A DNA stretch of 64,000 bases from Gemmatimonadota bacterium (GTDB lineage: Bacteria > Latescibacterota > UBA2968 > UBA8231): the NCBI GenBank assembly GCA_038128265.1, contig JAYPJE010000018.1, forward strand, positions 1-64,000, read 5' to 3'. The notes below the pieces were generated by a model that worked only from the letters and a program-made list of their open reading frames with translations, searched no databases and was not told the origin of the DNA. A program made the translations under genes and the position numbers. Shown one piece after another: positions 1-7,206 of this stretch; within the stretch, counting starts at the first letter, position 1; each line of letters opens with the position of its first letter.

Positions 1-342
1 GTGACGGAAGAAGGCATGGCCGCTGCCAACTCACTCGAAGTCGTCTGTCAGGGCGAGCATATGCGCGTCGAGGGCGACCTGTTTACTATCAATGGCGTTC
101 CAACGCCCGTAGCACCCACCGACTACCCGGGCGCCGACGGCTGCGTCGGGCACCTAATCGATTGCATCGAACGCGACGAGGTGCCGCTGACTGGCATAGA
201 AAATGGCGTAGCCGTAGCCGAACTGACCACAGCGGCCTATCAGTCGGCCCAATCCGGCACGTTTGTCGAGCTGCCGCTGCGCGACGACCGCCACCCGCAA
301 ATAGCCGACGACGAACAGCTCATCGACGGCCTGCTCGACTGA
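1..342 (+). CDS. C-terminal fragment of Gfo/Idh/MocA-family oxidoreductase (5' end outside window)
   Basis: ORF open from the window edge. 'LIDCIERDEVPLTGIENGVAVAELTTAAYQSAQSGTFVELPL' matches the typical Gfo/Idh/MocA C-terminus and resembles the end of the ORF at 37711-38739. Confidence 0.7.
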   Translation: MTEEGMAAANSLEVVCQGEHMRVEGDLFTINGVPTPVAPTDYPGADGCVGHLIDCIERDEVPLTGIENGVAVAELTTAAYQSAQSGTFVELPLRDDRHPQIADDEQLIDGLLD

Positions 343-434
343 TGGACACAACACGTATAGCAGATTCTTCACATGTGCCGATTTTACCGAACAAAATCGC
401 GCACTAAACACCTCTAAATCGAGAGAACGCGATT

Positions 435-1217
435 ATGCACGCATACTCATTGGAAGGCAAGAAGGCATTTATCACCGGCGGCAAGCGCCGCATTGGCCGC
501 GGCATCGCGCTGGCCCTGGCCGAAGCGGGCTGTGACGTAGGCGTCAACGATTTACACCACGACGAAGATGGCGATGAAACGCTGCGCCTAGTGCGCGCGA
601 TGGGACGCGAGGCCGAGTTTTTCGCCGGCGACATTTCCGACAAGGCCGCGGTAGAAACGCTCTTTGCCGACTTCCTAAAGCGCTTTGGCCGCATCGACAT
701 CCTCGTCAACAATCCCTACGGCGGCACCGGCCAGTCCTTTCTCGAACTGAGCGAAGAAAACTGGGATGCCAACCTCGACATTGGCCTCAAGGGGTTTTTC
801 CTCTGCAGTCAGCAGGCCGCGCGCGCCATGGTGGCGCAGGGAAGCGGCGGCTCCATTGTCAGCACCTCGTCGGTGCACGGAGAGCGCGCCTGGGAAGGCG
901 ATACGGCCTATGGCGCGGCCAAGGCTGGGGTGCTGCGCCTGACCGAGAGTATGGCCGTTGATTTGGGTCAGCACGGCATACGCTGCAACGCCGTGCTGCC
1001 GGGCCACATGAATACCGACCATCTCTTTGGCGAGCCAGCGCCGGCGCTCGGCAGCATGGAAGGCCACCATGCGCGCGCCGTGCCGCTAGGACGACGCGGC
1101 ACCCCCGAAGATATAGGCCGCGCCGTAGCCTTTCTCTGCTCGCCGGCCGCCGGCTGCATAACCGGCGTTTCGCTGCCGGTAGACGGCGGCCTGCTAGCCG
1201 TCGGTCCGGGCAACTAG
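435..1217 (+). CDS. Short-chain dehydrogenase/reductase (SDR)
   Basis: TGGxxxIG Rossmann motif, DILVNN, catalytic YxxxK (YGAAK), C-terminal ITGVSLPVDGG. Confidence 0.95.
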   Translation: MHAYSLEGKKAFITGGKRRIGRGIALALAEAGCDVGVNDLHHDEDGDETLRLVRAMGREAEFFAGDISDKAAVETLFADFLKRFGRIDILVNNPYGGTGQSFLELSEENWDANLDIGLKGFFLCSQQAARAMVAQGSGGSIVSTSSVHGERAWEGDTAYGAAKAGVLRLTESMAVDLGQHGIRCNAVLPGHMNTDHLFGEPAPALGSMEGHHARAVPLGRRGTPEDIGRAVAFLCSPAAGCITGVSLPVDGGLLAVGPGN

Positions 1218-1362
1218 CCAAAGCACAGACGACTCTAGTGGCTCCGTCGCACAGCGACGGGCGGCGGAGCCACACACCCCACAGCGTCAGCAAGTTGCCC
1301 TCGGCCGCGCCGGCGACGTAGATTAGCCTCTTCCTACACTGCATACCAGCGGGGAAGAAACC

Positions 1363-3117
1363 ATGAAAAGATTCGGCTCCACACTGCTGTGCGCCCTGCT
1401 GTTGACGGGCTGCGGCGGCGCACCGGAAGACGGCAGCGCACCGCAAGCCGCGCTCAAACAGGTACCGCGCAACCGCACCTTTATATCCGACTGCCTGTCC
1501 GACGGCTGCGCCGGACAGTTTAAAGACTACGACTCGTTCCATCCCTACCAGCCGGGCGTTACGACGACGACCGGATTCAACTTTCTCTACGAACCGCTCT
1601 ACTTCTACAACGCCTACAGCGCCAACGGCGATATCACGCCGTGGATTGCCGAGGGGCATACGTTCAACGACGACTATACCCAAGTGACGATTCGCATTCG
1701 CCCCGGCGTCGAGTGGAGCGATGGACAGCCGTGGACCGCACACGATCTGGTCTTCACCATCAATATGCTCAAAGCAAATGCGCCGACGCTGCTCTTTTCC
1801 GTCGATATGGAAAAGTGGGTTCGCGAAGCCGTAGCGCTCGATGATCTAACGGCGCAAATCACGCTGACGGCCCCCAACCCGCGCTTTGTCTTTTCCTACT
1901 TCACGCACAACTTCGACAACGGCGTGCCCATCGTGCCCAAGCACATTTGGCAGGACCAGGATCCCGAAACCTTTAAGAATCTGGACGTAGCCAAGGGATG
2001 GCCCGTCGTAACGGGTCCCTATCGACTCGCCCATTCCACCCCGCAGCAGCGCATCTACGACCTGCGCGAAGACTGGTGGGCGAGCAAGATCGGCTTCCAG
2101 GACTTGCCCAAGGTCGAGCGCGTCATCTACCTGCCGCGCGGCGAAGAGGCCAAGCGCGTGCAGAGCATGCTGGCCAACGACCTCGACATCTGCGGCACGC
2201 TGCTGCCGGCCAATATGCGCACGATCCTCGAGCAAAATCCCAACGTGACCAGCTGGTCGGGACAGGATCCGCCCTACGGCTATCTCGACTGGTGGCCCAT
2301 TTCACTCGGATTCAACAACCTCGAAGCGCCCTATGACGACCCGGAAATGCGCTGGGCCGTCAATCACGCCATCAACCGGCAGCAGCTGGCCGACATTGGC
2401 ATGCAGGGCGCGGGCGACTACACCGTTCTGCCCTTCCCGGACTTTCCCGTGCTCCAGAAGTACACCAACACGGCAGCGGATCTGCTGCAGCAGTATCCAG
2501 TCGACGACTTTGACCTCGACAAGACGGCGCAGATTCTCACGCGCAAAGGCTATGCAAAAGACGGGGAAGGGTTCTGGAGCAAAGACGGGCAGCGTTTAAA
2601 GCTGACGATCGACGTGTACCAGTTTATGCTCGACTTTGCGCCCGTCCTGATCGAACAGCTGCGCCAGGCCGGTATCGACGCCTCGTTTCGCCAGACGTCG
2701 GACGCCTACACGCGCATGTCCTCCGGACAGGCGCAGGCCTTTATCTTTGGCCACGGCGGCTCGGTGCGCGATCCCTACTTCACCCTGCGCCTCTACCACA
2801 GCCGCTTTGTGCAACCCACTGGCACGGCCACGCCGACCTTTTGGCGCTGGTCCAACGCCGAGTACGACGCCCTTGTCGATCGCATGGGCGAGACGGACCC
2901 AAACGATCCCGAGCTTATCGAGCTGTTTCACCAGGCGCTTGGCGTGTGGCTACCGGAAATGCCGGCCATTCCGCTGCTGCAGTTCTACCACCGCATTCCG
3001 CACAACCAGACCTACTGGACCAACTGGCCGTCGGCAAAGAACCCCTACATCAACACAGCCTACTGGCACCGCACCTGGCTGCTGGTATTGCTCGGTCTAG
3101 AACCGGCACAGTCGTAG
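1363..3117 (+). CDS. ABC transporter substrate-binding lipoprotein, family 5 (peptide/oligosaccharide type)
   Basis: Lipobox LLTGC. Family-5 motifs LYEPL, 'IRPGVEWSDGQPWTAHDLVFT', 'VTGPYRL', 'RWAVNHAINRQ'. Confidence 0.9.
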   Translation: MKRFGSTLLCALLLTGCGGAPEDGSAPQAALKQVPRNRTFISDCLSDGCAGQFKDYDSFHPYQPGVTTTTGFNFLYEPLYFYNAYSANGDITPWIAEGHTFNDDYTQVTIRIRPGVEWSDGQPWTAHDLVFTINMLKANAPTLLFSVDMEKWVREAVALDDLTAQITLTAPNPRFVFSYFTHNFDNGVPIVPKHIWQDQDPETFKNLDVAKGWPVVTGPYRLAHSTPQQRIYDLREDWWASKIGFQDLPKVERVIYLPRGEEAKRVQSMLANDLDICGTLLPANMRTILEQNPNVTSWSGQDPPYGYLDWWPISLGFNNLEAPYDDPEMRWAVNHAINRQQLADIGMQGAGDYTVLPFPDFPVLQKYTNTAADLLQQYPVDDFDLDKTAQILTRKGYAKDGEGFWSKDGQRLKLTIDVYQFMLDFAPVLIEQLRQAGIDASFRQTSDAYTRMSSGQAQAFIFGHGGSVRDPYFTLRLYHSRFVQPTGTATPTFWRWSNAEYDALVDRMGETDPNDPELIELFHQALGVWLPEMPAIPLLQFYHRIPHNQTYWTNWPSAKNPYINTAYWHRTWLLVLLGLEPAQS

Positions 3118-3129
3118 GAGCGCGCATCT

Positions 3130-4110
3130 ATGACGCGCATCGCCGTGCTCGACGACTATTTGCACGCGGCTGCCGACGCAGCCGACTGGAATTCGCTGGG
3201 CGCCGATGTCGCGTTTTTCCACGATACGCTGCACGACAGAGATGCCCTAATCGCCCGCTTAGCGCCTTTTGATGCCATCGTCATGATGCGCGAGCGCACC
3301 CACTTCCCGCGCGCGCTGTTAGAGCGGCTGCCCAATCTAAAACTACTCGCTGGCACCGGCCGCCGTCAGAACAACGTCGACTTAGAAGCGGCTACCGAGC
3401 TGGGCATTCCCGTCTGCATCACCACCGGCGGCGGCTCGCATGGCAATACAACGGCCGAGCTGACCTGGGCGCTGGTGCTGGCACTGAGCAGACACGTAGC
3501 CTGGGAAGACGCCCAGCTGCGCCAGGGGCGCTGGCAAACGCGCAGCGCCGAGGGATTGGGCGGCAAGACGCTGGGTATTATGGGACTAGGGCGCATCGGC
3601 ACGGTAGTCGCGCGGTATGCCCGCGCCTTTGAGATGGACCTGATCGCCTGGGGACCAACCCTCGACGCACAGCGTGCGGCGCGCCACGGTGCCGAACGGG
3701 TCGAGTGGGACGCGCTTTTTGAACGGGCTGATATATTGACGATTCACGTGCCGCTGTCCGATAGGAGCCGCGGCTGGATCGGCGCGCGCGAATTTGGGCT
3801 GATGAAAGAGCGCGCGTTTCTAATCAACACGTCGCGCGGCCCCATCATCCAGCAGGAAGCGCTGCTCGACGCGCTGCGCACGCGGCGCATTGCCGGTGCC
3901 GGGCTAGATGTCTACGACGTGGAACCGCTGCCTAAAGACCACCCGCTGCTGAGCCTGGACAACGTGCTGCTAACCCCGCATTTGGGCTATAGCACGGGCG
4001 AGATGTTAACGCAGTTTTACGTCGATTCGCTGGACAACCTGCGCGCGTGGATGGCTGGGACACCGATCAACGTGCTCAATACAGAAGTGCTGGACAGGCG
4101 CCGGCGCTGA
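3130..4110 (+). CDS. D-2-hydroxyacid dehydrogenase family protein
   Basis: GIMGLGRIG, INTSRG, LDVYDVEP and LTPHLG motifs. AGGAG RBS upstream. Confidence 0.93.
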   Translation: MTRIAVLDDYLHAAADAADWNSLGADVAFFHDTLHDRDALIARLAPFDAIVMMRERTHFPRALLERLPNLKLLAGTGRRQNNVDLEAATELGIPVCITTGGGSHGNTTAELTWALVLALSRHVAWEDAQLRQGRWQTRSAEGLGGKTLGIMGLGRIGTVVARYARAFEMDLIAWGPTLDAQRAARHGAERVEWDALFERADILTIHVPLSDRSRGWIGAREFGLMKERAFLINTSRGPIIQQEALLDALRTRRIAGAGLDVYDVEPLPKDHPLLSLDNVLLTPHLGYSTGEMLTQFYVDSLDNLRAWMAGTPINVLNTEVLDRRRR

Positions 4111-4195
4111 TTGCGGTTTGGAGGAGACAAGCGATGTGGTTTGGCGAAAAGACACCCACGGCAGGGAAGAGCCGATAGACGTGACGTCTGTTGCA

Positions 4196-4600
4196 CTACA
4201 GGTAAAAAATCTCCGGTAGAGCACTCCTAAGCCACGACTGCACTTGTTCGGCAGCTTCGCGCGCCTCCTGGGCATCATGCTCGGTGGGAGCAAATGCGTC
4301 ATCGGGATAGCGAATTTCTACGGCATAGGGCATTAGCAATGCGAGCGAATCGCGTAGAGCTTCCGCATCGGCCTGGATCGGCAAAATATGTTGCAACAAA
4401 AAGAGCTGGTCGTGCGTAAAGGGATATGCACATCCTCTGCCCACCAAATAGGCCTTGAGCAGCTTTTCAGCGGCCTGCTGACAGTGAAAGCATACGGTAT
4501 CAAAGGGAATTTGGTCGGAGCGCAGGTTATTATCGGCGTTGAGCAGGTCGTTTTGAGCCTTGATTAACCACTGCCGAGCCAAGTCAAACTCGACGGACAT
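4196..4600 (-). CDS. HEPN domain protein (COG2250-like), partner of the adjacent minimal nucleotidyltransferase
   Basis: 'CFHCQQAAEKLLKAYL...P.THD' and 'RYP' motifs. Start moved to ATG at 4600 (MSVEFDLARQW), which overlaps the upstream MNT gene. Confidence 0.88.
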   Translation of the reverse strand: MSVEFDLARQWLIKAQNDLLNADNNLRSDQIPFDTVCFHCQQAAEKLLKAYLVGRGCAYPFTHDQLFLLQHILPIQADAEALRDSLALLMPYAVEIRYPDDAFAPTEHDAQEAREAAEQVQSWLRSALPEIFYL

Positions 4601-4904
4601 AGACCGTCTTGCCCTCGCGCAAAGCCGTAGACACAAAGGAGAGGGGGGACTGTTGATCCCGCTCTACTTCCTCTGGGGTATAAACCACCAGATCCATGCC
4701 AAATGGATAGGGCTGCAGCGACCCGTACAATGACCGACTGCGCTTGAAGCGGGGCAAACTGCTCCGGGCTATAACCAGTAGATCTACATCGCTGTGATCT
4801 GTTGCATCACCGCGGGCGTACGAACCAAAAAGTACAACCCTTTCGGCGTCGACTTGAAGGCCGATGTGCTCGGCGACACGCCGTATTTCCCGCTCTTTTA
4901 TCAT
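4584..4904 (-). CDS. Minimal nucleotidyltransferase (MNT)
   Basis: 'LFGSYARGDATDHSDVDLLVI' (GS-x10-DxD) and 'DLVVYTPEE'. About 106 aa from ATG 4904. Confidence 0.9.
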   Translation of the reverse strand: MIKEREIRRVAEHIGLQVDAERVVLFGSYARGDATDHSDVDLLVIARSSLPRFKRSRSLYGSLQPYPFGMDLVVYTPEEVERDQQSPLSFVSTALREGKTVYVRRV

Positions 4905-4968
4905 GGTGCAAATATAGCCCAAGCTCTGCTGAGTCGCCATATTAGAGGGTGACGCCGGCGCTGAGAGC

Positions 4969-6936
4969 TCAGCGAATGGCTTCGGTAATAGCACCGCGCA
5001 TTTTCAGGATGTACTTGGATCGATCGAGCGGGCAAATGCCCTTGTAGGGACGCACCACGCCTTCGCCGGGCGGACACGGCTCATAGCCATCAAAGCGCAG
5101 CGAATACTTGGCCCGACCCGCCGTCAGTGCGCTGAGGCGAATGGCGTAGTCCATCGACGTGGCCAGCGGCAAGCGACCGCGCAGAACAAAGTAGCCCATA
5201 TCCATCTCCGCAGGTTCAAAGGTGCCGCGCATCTCGATAATATCGGACGTAACCTTGCCCACGTGCTCCTCGGGTGCGGCAATGCGGTAGGCCAGCATCG
5301 GTTCTAACAATATCGTTTCGGTATCCTGCAGCCCCTTCAGCGCAGCAATATCCGTCGCCAGTATGAAATTGCCCGGCCGGCTGTGCAGCACGTGGTCGCT
5401 GCCGTCGACCAGCGTGACCTTCAGATCGGTCACTTCCCAGCCTTTGATGCCCTGTTTGAATGCCTGCTCAATATGGGCCTCAATTTCGCGCTGGTACTTC
5501 AGCTTGATCTGGTCTACGCTCACCTCCGATTCGTAGACGATGCCGCTGCCGCGCGGCCCCGGCTCAATGCGATACCGCACAATGGCCCAACATGGCTTTG
5601 GCATTGTATAGCTCTCGGCACCGTAGCCATTAGCCGCCGGCGTTTCCTTGTAGACGACCGTTGGTTCGCTAAATTCCGCCTCTATGCCAAAGCGCGTGTG
5701 CAGAATTTCCGTGACGATCTCCGTCTGGATCACGCCCATGATGCGCAGATGCAGTTCGCGCTCTTCCGGATACCAGCGAAAGTCCAGGTGCGGGTCTTCG
5801 CTGGACAGCTGCTGCAGCGCGGCGGCCAGCGCAGCGTGTTCGGCGTCGTCGCGCGGACGCACCTGCACCGACAGCAGGGGTTCGCTGAGCGCATAGGTCG
5901 GCGGCACCGGTTCGGGATCGCCGAGCACGTCGCCGATTTTGACTTCGGGCAATCCGCACAGAAAGCCAATATCGCCGGCCTCTATGCTCGAGATATCTTC
6001 AAACTTGTTGAGATAGCTCTTCTTTATTTGCGCAATCTTCTCTTCGCGCCCAGCCGTCGCGTTTAATATGCTGTCCCGCGTTTTCAAACGACCGCGAAAA
6101 ACGCGCACGCCGGCAATGCGACCGACTTTTGCATCGTGATCAATGCGGAATACCACCGCTGAGGGCGGCGCTTCGACGGCCTGCGGTGCCGGGGGCAGAT
6201 AGTCGACGATAGCGTCGAGCAGGCAGTCTATGCCAAGCTGGTTTTTGCCCGATCCACACAGGGTGGGAAAGAGCGCGCGACGCCCTACGGCCGCAGCCAG
6301 CGCCGCGCGCAGCGCGGCAGCACCGGGCACAGCACCCTCCAGATAGGCTTCCAGCAGATCGTCATCCTCTTCGGCGATGTGCTCTACCAGCGCTCCATCG
6401 GCCTCGGCTATCAGGTCGACTAGCTGCGTGCCGCTAGCGCCTTCTCCCCGAGCGGCGTAGATCGGCAGCACGGCAGCGGAAAACTCACGCCGTAGGGCCG
6501 CAACCACGGCAGCTGAATCAGCGCCCATGCGATCGACTTTGTTGATAAATAGCAGCGTGGGAATGTCCATGGCTTCCAGCGCACGCCAGATGGGCTCGCT
6601 CTGCGCCTGAATGCCCTCGACGGCCGACAGCACCAGCACCGCACCGTCCAATACGCGCAGCGCCCGTTCCACCTCGGCAGAGAAATCGACGTGACCAGGG
6701 GTATCGATCAAATTGATCTGCGCATCACGCCAAGCAAAGGAAAGCGCGGCCGAGCGCACGGAAATGCCGCGTTTTTTCTCTACTTCGAGCACGTCAGACC
6801 GGCTGGTACCCTTGTCCACACTGCCGGCCGCACGCGTGCTGCCACTCAGATAGAGCATGTTTTCCGTGAGCGTCGTCTTGCCGGCGTCGACGTGAGCGAG
6901 AATGCCAATATTTCGCATGCTCCGCGCGGAGCTCAT
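4969..6936 (-). CDS. TetM/TetO-like ribosomal protection-family translational GTPase (EF-G paralog)
   Basis: 'NIGILAHVDAGKTTLTE', 'RGISV', 'DTPGHVDF', 'NKVD'. Length 655 aa. Domain IV 'P.P.WA...IEP.PRGSG..YES.VS' and 'QG..GW.VTD' are typical of ribosomal protection proteins. Confidence 0.85.
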   Translation of the reverse strand: MSSARSMRNIGILAHVDAGKTTLTENMLYLSGSTRAAGSVDKGTSRSDVLEVEKKRGISVRSAALSFAWRDAQINLIDTPGHVDFSAEVERALRVLDGAVLVLSAVEGIQAQSEPIWRALEAMDIPTLLFINKVDRMGADSAAVVAALRREFSAAVLPIYAARGEGASGTQLVDLIAEADGALVEHIAEEDDDLLEAYLEGAVPGAAALRAALAAAVGRRALFPTLCGSGKNQLGIDCLLDAIVDYLPPAPQAVEAPPSAVVFRIDHDAKVGRIAGVRVFRGRLKTRDSILNATAGREEKIAQIKKSYLNKFEDISSIEAGDIGFLCGLPEVKIGDVLGDPEPVPPTYALSEPLLSVQVRPRDDAEHAALAAALQQLSSEDPHLDFRWYPEERELHLRIMGVIQTEIVTEILHTRFGIEAEFSEPTVVYKETPAANGYGAESYTMPKPCWAIVRYRIEPGPRGSGIVYESEVSVDQIKLKYQREIEAHIEQAFKQGIKGWEVTDLKVTLVDGSDHVLHSRPGNFILATDIAALKGLQDTETILLEPMLAYRIAAPEEHVGKVTSDIIEMRGTFEPAEMDMGYFVLRGRLPLATSMDYAIRLSALTAGRAKYSLRFDGYEPCPPGEGVVRPYKGICPLDRSKYILKMRGAITEAIR

Positions 6937-7206
6937 GTGTCTTTCCTACTCTTTTAACGGTTCCTTGCAAAGGGTAGACAGGTATCACCCTGTGCATTTT
7001 GTTAAGTGGCATCGAGCCATACAGCGGCGAACAAAAACCGCGGTGCCGCCTCATAGTATATGAGCGATTGGCCCATTTGACCACTTGCATGCGGCCCGCA
7101 GCCAACGCGCCGTAATCGCTCTTTTTTTACAGTGGGTTCACGGTGTTTGACACAGCCATTTCATCGCGCATGAACAGTATGCGTTCACACACTACCGGGC
7201 ATACGC

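Noticed and set aside
7147..7187. TTGACA and a TGAAC-N7-GTTCA inverted repeat upstream of cassette A
   Set aside because: No acceptable -10 element at 16-18 bp spacing, the palindrome does not match a LexA box spacing I can support, and I found no second copy upstream of cassette B.
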